Positions 30,037 to 39,338 of a stretch of 64,000 nt of DNA are shown piece after piece. How positions within the stretch are numbered: position 1 is the first letter of the stretch; each line of letters begins with the position of its first letter. The DNA comes from Patescibacteria group bacterium (GTDB lineage Bacteria > Patescibacteriota > Minisyncoccia > UBA9983). Under the pieces are notes generated by a model that was given only the letters and a program-made list of their open reading frames with translations, made no database searches and had not been told where the DNA came from. The stretch lies in assembly GCA_018895015.1 (NCBI GenBank), contig JAHIOX010000003.1:962-64961 (forward strand). The letters are read 5' to 3'. Made by a program: the position numbers and the translations under genes.

Positions 30037-30090
30037 CCCGGTGGAGGATCTTTCTAATGATTCTCCACCGGGTCTTATTTATTTTTATTT
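30037..30090 (+). terminator. rho-independent terminator (CCCGGTGGAG...CTCCACCGGG + T-rich)
   Basis: 10-bp GC stem followed by TCTTATTTATTTTTATTT. Confidence 0.65.
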
Positions 30091-30096
30091 GTCAGC

Positions 30097-30138
30097 ATGT
30101 CAACCTGCCACGTCGACATGCCACGTTGACATGGCATG
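30097..30138. repeat. intergenic compound palindrome CATGTCAAC-CTGCCACGTCGAC-ATGCCAC-GTTGACATG sharing the CTGCCAC/GTCGAC motif of the mnmA tandem repeat
   Basis: direct sequence comparison. Confidence 0.5.
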
Positions 30139-30290
30139 CCAATCCAAAATGGTCGCGATTTTCAGCGATCGCACGATTTCGTGGCCTTTTTTAAATTTAT
30201 CAAAATAAAAAAACCCGCTGGCTGGCTGAATAAATCAGTTAACCCGCGGGCTTAAATTCACCTCCTTTTATTTTTTTGTCTCTTTGGTGA

Positions 30291-30476
30291 CTACTCCTCG
30301 TCCCAGCCACGGGCACATACTTTGCGAAACGCAACGCAATCACAGGGGCAATGGTTCTGCAAGAAGTCCTCCCAAGGAAGATTTTCTTGGTCCTTTTCCT
30401 TCAGTGCCTCGTCATGCAAAGGGCACAGACTGTCTTTTGTTGTCAGTATGTTCATCAGAACTCTCCTGTCCTCCAC
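30291..30476 (-). CDS. small Cys/His-rich hypothetical protein (likely starts at MNILTT with GGAGAG SD)
   Basis: ORF with SD for internal ATG; weak. Confidence 0.3.
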   Translation of the reverse strand: MEDRRVLMNILTTKDSLCPLHDEALKEKDQENLPWEDFLQNHCPCDCVAFRKVCARGWDEE

Positions 30477-30746
30477 CTTCCTTTTATAACTACCAAAGAT
30501 AGCTTGCTAAAAGGTAAGGATTTACAAGGCCAAACTCATATAAAATCAATGTGCTTTCTTTATAATCTGCTAAAATATTAGCACATTTAATACCTATTTG
30601 TCAAGCATTTTTGTGTATTTCCAAAATATGGCTCAAAATAAGACGATATTAGGCAATAAACGCTGAACAAAATATCAAACAAAAAATTAAATCTAAAATG
30701 GTTGCGATTTTCAGCGATAGCATTTTTTTATGACCTTTTGTTTTTT

Positions 30747-31160
30747 TTATTTATTAAAATACTTTTTAAAAGCCAGGTATTCTTCTTTGCCGAAAAATTC
30801 CAAGGGTTTGAATTTGTATTTTTCCGGATTAATCCAGGCATAACTTGAGTGTTCTCGAGAAAGTCTAATCGCCATGGACATTAAATCGGCTTCATAAACA
30901 ATAATAAATACTTTAAAATCTTTAAAAAATCTTCGGTAATAAAAAGCAGGTTTGTTTAACTTATATTTAATGTTCCCCAATTCTTCTTTTATTTCTCTTC
31001 CTAAAATCTTCTCAAGCGCAATGTCTTTGTCTGATTCTCTTATCCTTCCACCGGGCAAATCAAGCTTATCTCCAGATTCATTCTTTAAAAATAAAAATTC
31101 TTTTTCTTTTTTCAGAAGAACCTTGATTGATATTTGATAAACGGCATTTTGCTCATCCAT
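30747..31160 (-). CDS. NUDIX hydrolase
   Basis: Nudix box GGRIRESDKDIALEKILGREIKEELG. Confidence 0.85.
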   Translation of the reverse strand: MDEQNAVYQISIKVLLKKEKEFLFLKNESGDKLDLPGGRIRESDKDIALEKILGREIKEELGNIKYKLNKPAFYYRRFFKDFKVFIIVYEADLMSMAIRLSREHSSYAWINPEKYKFKPLEFFGKEEYLAFKKYFNK

Positions 31161-31217
31161 ACATAAATTATAATTTATTTATAATTTTTTGCAAAATAAA
31201 AAAACCATTAAAACGAA

Positions 31218-31253
31218 GAAATAAAAAACCCGCAAGCTCATCAAGCTTGCGGG
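31218..31253 (-). terminator. rho-independent terminator (CCCGCAAGCT-CATCA-AGCTTGCGGG + U-run on minus strand)
   Basis: 10-bp stem, T7 tract. Confidence 0.6.
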
Positions 31254-31300
31254 TTAAATTTTATCACCCCCTTAATTAAATTTACTTCACACTTTCTTTC

Positions 31301-31672
31301 TCAATCCTCGGATCCCCTTTCTTTTTCTAAGTTTTTTTGCGCTCTTTCATGCGCTAAGGCAGTAAGGTTTTTGAATAAATGCTCACAAATTTTTTTCTTT
31401 GTCAGCTCAATGCCATAATCTCTGCCGGCAAGAAAAACTTTTGTGAGCAATGTTTCAAGCTCATCTCTTGTCTTATCAATATAAAACAGAGATTGAACTA
31501 ATCCTGATTCTGGCTTATCGCCAGATTCGTGCTTTAAAAAAGACAGCACGTTTACATCCTGCAAAAGTTTCCTTGCATCCTCATCATTTTCTGCATCAAT
31601 GACAAACACAGAAATTTCGCCATTCTCTTCTGTGGCCACAAAACTAATCTCCATATCCATCTCCTTTCCCAC
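31301..31672 (-). CDS. acidic hypothetical protein (123 aa)
   Basis: GGAAAGGAG SD before ATG; terminator downstream. Confidence 0.45.
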   Translation of the reverse strand: MGKEMDMEISFVATEENGEISVFVIDAENDEDARKLLQDVNVLSFLKHESGDKPESGLVQSLFYIDKTRDELETLLTKVFLAGRDYGIELTKKKICEHLFKNLTALAHERAQKNLEKERGSED

Positions 31673-31936
31673 GGCTTGCCTTTCGGTTCAAGACTTATAA
31701 GGGGTATTCTTTAATATATTTTTAAGTCAAGGAACTTTCAAAGAACTTTTTTTATTTTCTTGCAAAATTATACACCCTTTGTTTAATTTTGTCAATAGCA
31801 CGATGCTTGACTTTTTTTGGGATATACGCTCCTGAGCCAAAATGCGCACGCAACTCATGGTAAAAAAGGCGCACGGCCCGGAGAAACAAAAAATTTCTCC
31901 GGGCCATATTTATTTTAAATTTGTAAAACAAAAAAC

Positions 31937-31972
31937 AACACACAAATCGCGCTATAGCGCGATTTGTGTGTT
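31937..31972. repeat. perfect 36-bp palindrome AACACACAAATCGCGCTA|TAGCGCGATTTGTGTGTT with no spacer
   Basis: 18/18 complementary arms; candidate operator or cruciform. Confidence 0.5.
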
Positions 31973-32006
31973 GGTGCTAAAATAATCAAAATAAAAAATG
32001 CTCGCG

Positions 32007-32053
32007 GTCTGACCGGAAAAGCAGATGTGCAGCACTCGGTGCTGCACATCTGC
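32007..32053 (-). terminator. terminator hairpin GCAGATGTGCAGCAC-TCG-GTGCTGCACATCTGC
   Basis: 15-bp perfect stem followed by UUUUCC on minus strand. Confidence 0.55.
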
Positions 32054-32082
32054 GATATTTCTATTCTCTATAAAAAAGCCTA

Positions 32083-32307
32083 TTAAACCTGCGTGGCCGA
32101 TGATTGGCCTTTTGCTTTGATAGCCGTGATTAAAACATAAATAGCGGACAAGCCGACAAGAATATAAACTATGCGGGCTAAAATAGATGCGGCGCCGAAA
32201 ATCGCGGCAACTAAATCAAAGCTTAGCAAACCGACCAATCCCCAATTCAAACCTCCAACAACAAGAATAATAATGGCTACCCAATCAAGAATATTTAATT
32301 TCTCCAT
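32083..32307 (-). CDS. DUF378-family small membrane protein
   Basis: LDWVAIIILVVGGLNWGLVGL...FDLVAAIFG signature. Confidence 0.7.
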   Translation of the reverse strand: MEKLNILDWVAIIILVVGGLNWGLVGLLSFDLVAAIFGAASILARIVYILVGLSAIYVLITAIKAKGQSSATQV

Positions 32308-32372
32308 AAAATTTTATAAAAAAACAAGTAATAACAAATTCGACCTTTATGCTTTTATTATACCACAATATT

Positions 32373-32801
32373 TTATCTCTTTTTCCACTGCGGCGCTTTT
32401 CGCGCTTTTTTGAGGCCGAACTTGCGGCGTTCCTTCATTCTTGGATCTCTTGTCAAAAGCCCGGCTTTTTTTAAAGAGTCTTTTAATTCCAAATCCGCTT
32501 TTACCAAAGCGCGGCTGATTCCGTGGCGGAGCGCCTCCGCTTGCGAATGAATGCCGCCGCCGTTAATTTTTACGGAAACTTTAAATTTTTTTGTTTTTGC
32601 TTTTTTCAGCGCTTCGTGAATTATATGCATTAATTCTTGGGTTGGGAAATAATCTTCCGCGTTTTTGTCATTGACCTTAATTTCCGATTTCACGCTTGTA
32701 AAAAGCCTCACTCTCGCCACTGAAGTTTTTCTTCTGCCAACGGCTTCAAAATATTTTGCGGCTTGCTTTGCGGTTGTTTTTTTTGTTTTAATGTCTTCCA
32801 T
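32373..32801 (-). CDS. rpsI: 30S ribosomal protein S9
   Basis: GGGIHSQAEALRHGISRAL ... LTRDPRMKERRKFGLKKARKAPQWKKR. Confidence 0.95.
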   Translation of the reverse strand: MEDIKTKKTTAKQAAKYFEAVGRRKTSVARVRLFTSVKSEIKVNDKNAEDYFPTQELMHIIHEALKKAKTKKFKVSVKINGGGIHSQAEALRHGISRALVKADLELKDSLKKAGLLTRDPRMKERRKFGLKKARKAPQWKKR

Positions 32802-32823
32802 TTATTTTAATTTTCCGTTTTAA

Positions 32824-33186
32824 TTATTTGCTTATTATTAAATTCTTCATCATTTGTTTTCTCAATTTATTCTTTGGAAGCATGCCCATTATCGCCTTTT
32901 TTAAAACATATTCAATTCCTTTTTTTTCCAAGACTTTTTCCATCGGCGCTATTTTTAAACCGCTTGGATACCCTGAAAAAGTTTTATATCCTTTTTGTTT
33001 CTTTTTTTTATCCGATATGTCCATCTTGTCCGCGTTTAAAACTGTTAATTTTAAATCAGAGACGCGATTCGGCGTGAAATCAGGCTCTTTTTTTCCGCGC
33101 AAAACCGTTGCCGCGTCCGAAGCGACTCTGCCTAACATTTTATTTTTTGCGTCTATTGTGTATTCCATAATTTTAAACAAACTCAA
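32824..33186 (-). CDS. rplM: 50S ribosomal protein L13
   Basis: LGRVASDAATVLRGK...SGYPSGLK motifs. Confidence 0.9.
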   Translation of the reverse strand: MSLFKIMEYTIDAKNKMLGRVASDAATVLRGKKEPDFTPNRVSDLKLTVLNADKMDISDKKKKQKGYKTFSGYPSGLKIAPMEKVLEKKGIEYVLKKAIMGMLPKNKLRKQMMKNLIISK

Positions 33187-33520
33187 TTATAGCCATTTTA
33201 GCGGCGTCGCCTTTTCTTGGGGGCAATTTTGTAATTCTCGTATAGCCGCCCTTTCTATCTTTGTGTTTCGGCGCTATTTCGCTAAAAAGCTTTTTCGCGC
33301 CATCCTTGCCAATTCTGGAAATAATTAATCTGTTGTTCGCGACGGTGTCTTTTTTGGCTCTTGTAACAAATTTTTCCACATACGGCCTCAATTCTTTCGC
33401 TTTGGCTTCGGTAGTTTTTATTTTTTCGCTTAAAATTAAATTATGCGCCAGCGATTTCATTAGCGCCCGCCTCGCGTTTGTTTTTCTGCCGAATTTTCTT
33501 CCAGTTTTTTTATGTTTCAT
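33173..33520 (-). CDS. rplQ: 50S ribosomal protein L17
   Basis: MKHKKTGRKFGRKTNARRAL...GGYTRI. Confidence 0.95.
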   Translation of the reverse strand: MKHKKTGRKFGRKTNARRALMKSLAHNLILSEKIKTTEAKAKELRPYVEKFVTRAKKDTVANNRLIISRIGKDGAKKLFSEIAPKHKDRKGGYTRITKLPPRKGDAAKMAIIEFV

Positions 33521-33553
33521 AATATTTTAATTATATTATTGCTGGCATGCCGG

Positions 33554-34522
33554 CTATTTTAATATTAAGCCGTAATTTCCCAAAGCCCGCCTGATTTCTT
33601 GAACAGCTTTTTTCCCTATACCCTCCATTTCCAGCAAATCAGATTCTTTTTTTCTCGCAAGCCCGCCAATAGTTCTAATCCCGGACTGCGAAAGCGCGTT
33701 AAGCGTTCTTGAAGGAAGCTGAATATCCTCCACTCTTATTTTCAGCGTATCTGACGCGCCAATGTCCGATTCTTCTTTTTGCTCCTCATCTTCTTCAGAT
33801 TCTTTAATTCTGTCTTTTTCTTCTTTCTCTTCTTCTTTAAAGCCGATGATTTCTTTTAATTGCAATATCATAATTTCAATCGCTTTTTCAAGAGCTTCGC
33901 GCGGAGAAATTATTCCGTCTGTTTCAATAAAAAACCTAAGCCGGTTATAGTCCGTTCTGTCGCCAACGCGCATATTTTCCACCTCGTAATTAACGCGTCT
34001 TATCGGAGTGAAAATCGCGTCAAGAATAATGGTGCCGACTTCCACTTTATCAGTTTGCAGCCTGTCGCGCATAACATAACCAAGCCCTTTTTCTATTGTT
34101 AGTTCAGCGTTAAAACTCGCGTCTTTGGATACTAACGTGACAATATGCTCGTCTTTATTTAAAATCTCAACTTGCGTTGGAATTCGTATGTCTTTTGCCG
34201 TGATTTTTTTCACGCCATTCACGGAAATTGTCACTTTTTGCGGCTCGTCAGCGTGCACCTTGAATCTTATTTTTTTAAGGTTTAAAAGAATTGTTATCAC
34301 GTCTTCTTTAATGCCGTCTATTTTGGAAAATTCATGAGAAACTCCGTTTATTTTTACTGCAGTAATCGCGGCTCCGGGGATAGAAGACAATATTATCCTT
34401 CTTAAAGAATTCCCGAGCGTGTAGCCATAGCCGGAATAAAGGCCGTCAATTTCATAAACGCCTTTGTTGCCATCCTCGGAAACTATTCTTGGTTTTGAAG
34501 GTAAAGCGATTTTGTATTCCAT
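33554..34522 (-). CDS. rpoA: DNA-directed RNA polymerase subunit alpha
   Basis: N-terminal dimerisation domain (GNSLRRILLSS) and C-terminal domain. Confidence 0.95.
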   Translation of the reverse strand: MEYKIALPSKPRIVSEDGNKGVYEIDGLYSGYGYTLGNSLRRIILSSIPGAAITAVKINGVSHEFSKIDGIKEDVITILLNLKKIRFKVHADEPQKVTISVNGVKKITAKDIRIPTQVEILNKDEHIVTLVSKDASFNAELTIEKGLGYVMRDRLQTDKVEVGTIILDAIFTPIRRVNYEVENMRVGDRTDYNRLRFFIETDGIISPREALEKAIEIMILQLKEIIGFKEEEKEEKDRIKESEEDEEQKEESDIGASDTLKIRVEDIQLPSRTLNALSQSGIRTIGGLARKKESDLLEMEGIGKKAVQEIRRALGNYGLILK

Positions 34523-34549
34523 ATAAATAAATTTGTTAGTTATTAATTA

Positions 34550-35128
34550 TTAAATTGACGGTTGGCTGATAATTTCTCCTTCTTTTTTTGCTTTATCTAA
34601 TTTTATCCATGCCGGCGGATTGTATTTTTTGATTTTTATATCAATATCTTTAAAAATCGCTTTTTCAGCGGATTGCGGCCTGATGCATATTTTATCTCCG
34701 GATTTTATTTTACACGAGGGAACATTTACCTTGCGGCCGTTGACCATTATGTGTCCGTGCGACACAATCTGCCTGGCCGATGACCTTGAATTGCAAAAGC
34801 CGAGCCGGAAAACAACATTGTCAAGCCGCGATTCAAGCGCTTCAAAAAGAAGCGCTTCGGTGTCTCCTTTGCTTTTTTTATTCGCCCCTTTCAAATAATT
34901 TGAAAATTGCCGTTCCCTGATTCCGTAAGTCAGCTTTATTTTTTGCTTTTCCATCAGCTGAAGCCCGTATTCAGAACGATTTTTCGGTCTCCTGCTTTTG
35001 GTTTTTTTAGACATGCCGGGCGCGTAAGGCTTGCGGCTAAGCGGGCATTTGGGCGTAAAGCACTTATCGCCTCTTAAAAAAAGCTTTTCGCCGATTCTTC
35101 TGCATTTTTTGCATTTATTTTCTAACAT
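34550..35128 (-). CDS. rpsD: 30S ribosomal protein S4
   Basis: Cys4 N-terminus, S4 RNA-binding domain (RLDNVVFRLGF). Confidence 0.95.
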   Translation of the reverse strand: MLENKCKKCRRIGEKLFLRGDKCFTPKCPLSRKPYAPGMSKKTKSRRPKNRSEYGLQLMEKQKIKLTYGIRERQFSNYLKGANKKSKGDTEALLFEALESRLDNVVFRLGFCNSRSSARQIVSHGHIMVNGRKVNVPSCKIKSGDKICIRPQSAEKAIFKDIDIKIKKYNPPAWIKLDKAKKEGEIISQPSI

Positions 35129-35134
35129 TTATTT

Positions 35135-35569
35135 TTAAACCCTTCTTGGTTTTTTAGCTTTCGGCCCGTTATGCGGAATAGGGGTTCTGTCGGAAATTTT
35201 ATTAATAATAATATTTTTCGCGGCAAAAGCGCGGATCGCGGATTCTCTGCCCGCGCCAACGCCCTTTATCACGACATCAACTTCTTTAATGCCAATCATT
35301 TTTGCTTTTTCAGCCAGAAGGTCAGCGACCTTGGAAGCGGCAAAAGGGGTGCCTTTTTTCGCGCCCTTAAACCCCAAGCTTCCGCTGGTTGACCACATTA
35401 TATTGTTGCCGCTGATATCAGTCAGGCTAATCAAAGTATTATTGAATGTGGACTGAATGAATAAAATTCCGCTGGCCAATTTCTTTTTTGGAACCTTGCC
35501 AAGAGAACGGCTTTTTAATTCCTGGTCAACGCTGGAACCCCCTTTTTTTATAATACGTTTTTTTCCCAT
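35135..35569 (-). CDS. rpsK: 30S ribosomal protein S11
   Basis: conserved S11 core ...RESAIRAFA... Confidence 0.95.
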   Translation of the reverse strand: MGKKRIIKKGGSSVDQELKSRSLGKVPKKKLASGILFIQSTFNNTLISLTDISGNNIMWSTSGSLGFKGAKKGTPFAASKVADLLAEKAKMIGIKEVDVVIKGVGAGRESAIRAFAAKNIIINKISDRTPIPHNGPKAKKPRRV

Positions 35570-35572
35570 AAA

Positions 35573-35953
35573 TTATTTCTTTTCAACTTTCTTCTTTCCG
35601 CTACCCATTGTAACGCGCACATTCCCCTTGATTGTTCTTGTGTTTGTTTTGGTACGCTGGCCCCTGGATGGAAGGCGTTTGCTGTGCCTGGATCCGCGAT
35701 AGCTTTTTATTTCTTTTAATCTTTTAATGTTCGCTGATACTTCTCTCCTCAAATCGCCTTCAACGCGATATTTTTCAACCAGCCCCATTAGCGCGTTGAA
35801 CTCTTTTTCAGAAACATCTTTCGCCAATTTATCAAAAGAAATTTTGGCGTCATCTAAAATTTTTTTCGCGCGCGATTTTCCAATGCCAAAAATGTAAGTT
35901 AAGGCAACTTCCAATCTTTTTTTATCCGGTATTTCTGTTCCTGCTATTCTCAT
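35573..35953 (-). CDS. rpsM: 30S ribosomal protein S13
   Basis: MRIAGTEIPDKKRLEVALTYIFGIG. Confidence 0.95.
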   Translation of the reverse strand: MRIAGTEIPDKKRLEVALTYIFGIGKSRAKKILDDAKISFDKLAKDVSEKEFNALMGLVEKYRVEGDLRREVSANIKRLKEIKSYRGSRHSKRLPSRGQRTKTNTRTIKGNVRVTMGSGKKKVEKK

Positions 35954-35955
35954 AA

Positions 35956-36072
35956 TTATCCTTGTCTTTGTTTATGCTTTGGATTCTTTTTGCAAATAAC
36001 ATAAATGCGGCCTTTTCTTTTAACCAGCTTGCAGGAATTGCAAAATTTTTTGACCGATGTTTTAACCTTCAT
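35956..36072 (-). CDS. rpmJ: 50S ribosomal protein L36 (38 aa; not in ORF track)
   Basis: translates to [38 protein letters not shown]; expected infA-rpmJ-rpsM position. Confidence 0.85.
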   Translation of the reverse strand: MKVKTSVKKFCNSCKLVKRKGRIYVICKKNPKHKQRQG

Positions 36073-36085
36073 CTTCTTGAAAAAA

Positions 36086-36301
36086 TTATAATCTTTGAAT
36101 AATTCTACCCCTCTCTTCGCCATAAGGGCTGGTTTGAACTTTTACTTTGTCGCCAACCAAGACCTTAATTCTGTAAATTCTCATTTTTCCGGCAAGATAG
36201 CCCAAAAGTTCCTTCCCATTTTCCATACGCACACGAAATGTGGCATTAGGTAATGCCTCTGTTACTGTGCCGATGGAAATTTTTTCAGACCTGTCTGCCA
36301 T
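36086..36301 (-). CDS. infA: translation initiation factor IF-1
   Basis: S1-like OB fold, ...[20 protein letters not shown]...GRI. Confidence 0.95.
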   Translation of the reverse strand: MADRSEKISIGTVTEALPNATFRVRMENGKELLGYLAGKMRIYRIKVLVGDKVKVQTSPYGEERGRIIQRL

Positions 36302-36343
36302 CTTTGCTTCGTTTAAAAGTATATCAAATTAACAATAGAAATG

Positions 36344-36916
36344 TCAATAGCTAAACAATGTTAGCATTCCAATGATTTTTTTGGAAAACTCTTCGGCCGA
36401 GGCAGGGCCGTTGGCGGTGATAATTTTTCCGTCAATAACTACATCTTCGCCAACATATTCAGCGCCGTTTTCTTTCAAAATTTTTATCGGCCATTTGTCC
36501 AAAGGCAACGACCATACAGTCGCTTTTTTCCCGCGCAATACTCCGCATTTCGCCAATATAATCGGAGCGATGCATATAGCTCCCAAAACTTTATCGCTGG
36601 CAATTATTTCTTTCGCGACGCGGCAGCATTCCGCGTTGTCAGCGTAAGCGGCGGCTCCGCCGCCGCCGACAAAAATTACCGCGTCGTAATTCTTAGTTTC
36701 TAGCTCTTCAAGAGTCAAATCAATATCAATATCTCCGCCGTCAACGCCAAGAGCTTTTCCTTTTCTAGAGCTAACAGTAATTATTTTTGCGCCGGCGTCC
36801 TCTAAATTTTTTTTTGGAGTAAAATATTCCTCATCTTTAAAATTCCTAAAGGCGACAATCATCGCGATTTTTTTGCCTTCCTGCCTGCGCAGGCAGGTTA
36901 AAAAATTACTGCTCAT
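36344..36916 (-). CDS. DJ-1/PfpI-family protein
   Basis: GAICIAP nucleophile-elbow motif, class I glutamine-amidotransferase-like fold. Confidence 0.7.
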   Translation of the reverse strand: MSSNFLTCLRRQEGKKIAMIVAFRNFKDEEYFTPKKNLEDAGAKIITVSSRKGKALGVDGGDIDIDLTLEELETKNYDAVIFVGGGGAAAYADNAECCRVAKEIIASDKVLGAICIAPIILAKCGVLRGKKATVWSLPLDKWPIKILKENGAEYVGEDVVIDGKIITANGPASAEEFSKKIIGMLTLFSY

Positions 36917-38126
36917 TTTTTAAAATAATTTCAATGTGAACGCGCGATTTATTTTTCGGCATTGTCTGCCACCAAGAAGGCTTAAAAAACAGTTCGGCTT
37001 TCTCTATATAAGGATAGTCTCTGAAAACAGCAAGGTAATCCTTGTCCTGCGCGTTCATTAAGTTATTAACCAAAGCGCTTGAATCAACACCCCAAACAAA
37101 ATGCGCCTTGCCTTTTAAATTAAAAGAAAATTCAGTGTCGTCCGCATTTCTTGATATGAGCTTAAATTCAAGATTTTCAATATTCGCGACTTCAATATCG
37201 GCATTTTTATTTTCCGAAATATACTTTTTAGCCAAAACTTTTGAAAGATCGCCGTCATTTATCAAAAATCTAACCGCCTTGCCTTTTTCTTTAAAAATGA
37301 ATTTGCCTGTTTGCGGGTTGGAAACATCATCCTCAAAGTCTATTTTTATGGCATCTTTATACGGCAGATAGCCCGACGGCTCTTGTTTTAAAATATTTTC
37401 CATCAAATAATCCTCAATTTTCTTTTTTAAGCTGTTTCTCGCCCGGTCAATGTCTTCATCCGTTACAGTCAGCGAACTTTCTTTAACTTTGATATCGGTT
37501 TTAGATCGGGCGTATATTTTTTCATATCTTGGATTTCCTTTAAAGCCCGGTATTGTGAAATCAACAAGTCCGGTGTTATATTCTTCGCCGTCTTTATCCG
37601 CGTAAACAGCGGCTTCAACGGAACCGAAACCTGGCACGACAACTGGCTCTTGAATTCTGTAAATTTTTCCTTCAGGCGATTCAAAGCGTGTTTGCGCGAC
37701 AAGTTTTTGAGCGTCTGAACTGTACTGGTTGTAAATTACTATGCGGCCGCTCGCTTTTTTCCCGCCATCCGAAATTCCGGTGGCATATGATTGCTGGGAT
37801 AATTCATAATCCATTTGCGCTATTTCAAATTTTAAATCGCCCGCCTCGCTTCCGCGGACCGCCTTGAAGGTAGAATCAATGGCGATAAATTCCTGGCGAG
37901 GGATAATTTTAACCGTTGCCGAGGCAAAAGCGTCTAAAACCATGCCAAGCAGAGCTATAAAGATTGCCGCCAGCGAAATCCAGAAAATTATTTTTAGAGT
38001 CTTTTTCCCGCGCCCGCGCGACCTTAGAATCTCTTCCTTTAATTTCTCCGGCTCCGCGACAATAATCCTCGGAGGCATTTTTTCTTTTTTGACTGTTAAA
38101 ATGTCTTGAATTATTTTTTTGGCCAT
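36906..38126 (-). CDS. membrane-anchored hypothetical protein (406 aa)
   Basis: single N-terminal TM; ORF. Confidence 0.4.
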   Translation of the reverse strand: MAKKIIQDILTVKKEKMPPRIIVAEPEKLKEEILRSRGRGKKTLKIIFWISLAAIFIALLGMVLDAFASATVKIIPRQEFIAIDSTFKAVRGSEAGDLKFEIAQMDYELSQQSYATGISDGGKKASGRIVIYNQYSSDAQKLVAQTRFESPEGKIYRIQEPVVVPGFGSVEAAVYADKDGEEYNTGLVDFTIPGFKGNPRYEKIYARSKTDIKVKESSLTVTDEDIDRARNSLKKKIEDYLMENILKQEPSGYLPYKDAIKIDFEDDVSNPQTGKFIFKEKGKAVRFLINDGDLSKVLAKKYISENKNADIEVANIENLEFKLISRNADDTEFSFNLKGKAHFVWGVDSSALVNNLMNAQDKDYLAVFRDYPYIEKAELFFKPSWWQTMPKNKSRVHIEIILKNEQ

Positions 38127-38128
38127 AT

Positions 38129-39313
38129 TTATAAAATTTTATTGGCAAAAATTGCTTCCATCATTAAAAAAATATCTTTGCCCGCCTGCCCCGCCTTTGG
38201 CGGGGCAGGCGGATTAAAATAATGCGCGATTCCTTCCGGCATAATTTTATTAACGATAAACGGCTTGCCTAAAATGGTAAATTCCGCGGAAAAATCCTCC
38301 TCGGCGCATTTTATAAATTCCTTGCTTACAGGATCGTCGCCGGCCAGAAAAACATTCTGCGGAAGAGGCTTGTTTTCAAAAATAATTTTCAGCGCTTTGT
38401 AAAAAAAATCGCGCCATTCTTTTTTTGCCTTTTCAATTATTAAAGATATTTTTTGCGAGTTGCTTTCATCCGCGTGGCCGTTTAGATATGTCTGCAGCAT
38501 TGATTCCGCCTCATCCGGAAAAGCGTTAAATTCAGACGCTATTTTTCTTAACAGAAAATTTCGTCCGCGCGAAAAAGAAACTGTTTCTTCCAGATTGTCA
38601 TTGCGTATTAGTGAAAGTTCAGTAACTTCTCCGCCTATATCAATAAGAATCAGTCCGTCGCTGGTGTTAATTATGCCGTTTAAAATTTTAAAAGCCACCA
38701 TGGGAAAAGTTTTAAATTGCAAAGATATGTCGCCAAAATTTTTCAAGACTTCTTCTTCTATTTCATCTTTAACTTCCTTTACCCCTAAGCTCATGTGAAT
38801 ATACGCTTTAATTTTTTTGGCGGTTTTATTTATCGGGGAATTCGTATGGTAGCCGTTAAGTTCGGTTTTTAAAATTTCGTGTTCAATAAATTCGGGCTCG
38901 CCGCGCAATGGTTCCAATTTGGACGACCATTTCTTTTTAAAAAACTTTTCTTCGTCCATCATTAATTTTTCAAAAAAATCCTCCGTAATTTTAAAAGGCT
39001 TTTCTTTTTCAATGCTTATTATTTTTGTCTGCGATATGAACCATGGAGAAAAAAATACGCACAAGGCGGCATCAGGCCCTTTTGGAAAATCTTTGAGAAG
39101 CTGCCCAAGATTTTTTTTAAGAGCGCTGCGCGCGCAGCGCCAAAACGCGTCAAAATCAACATCCAAAAGAAAATTAACCGGCACTCTTCCCGAAGAGATT
39201 ATTTCAGGCTTGCCTTCTTTATCTTGCTTTATCAGCATTCCGCCGACAGAAGCGCTCGCCATGTCAAACACCGCGATCACTCTTTGTTTTTTCTTTTCGC
39301 CAAAAAGACTCAT
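38129..39313 (-). CDS. actin-like ATPase domain protein (FtsA/PilM superfamily, tentative)
   Basis: VIAVFDMASASVGG and LILIDIGGEVTELSLI phosphate-binding-like motifs. Confidence 0.4.
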   Translation of the reverse strand: MSLFGEKKKQRVIAVFDMASASVGGMLIKQDKEGKPEIISSGRVPVNFLLDVDFDAFWRCARSALKKNLGQLLKDFPKGPDAALCVFFSPWFISQTKIISIEKEKPFKITEDFFEKLMMDEEKFFKKKWSSKLEPLRGEPEFIEHEILKTELNGYHTNSPINKTAKKIKAYIHMSLGVKEVKDEIEEEVLKNFGDISLQFKTFPMVAFKILNGIINTSDGLILIDIGGEVTELSLIRNDNLEETVSFSRGRNFLLRKIASEFNAFPDEAESMLQTYLNGHADESNSQKISLIIEKAKKEWRDFFYKALKIIFENKPLPQNVFLAGDDPVSKEFIKCAEEDFSAEFTILGKPFIVNKIMPEGIAHYFNPPAPPKAGQAGKDIFLMMEAIFANKIL

Positions 39314-39338
39314 TGAAAATATTATAGCATAAAATAAT

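Noticed and set aside
30006-30194. 62-aa ORF in the track
   Set aside because: It spans a terminator hairpin and two palindromic repeats, has no RBS, and its peptide is low-complexity. Spurious.
31752-31943. 63-aa minus-strand ORF
   Set aside because: It covers a GC hairpin/terminator and abuts the 36-bp palindrome. No RBS. Probably non-coding.
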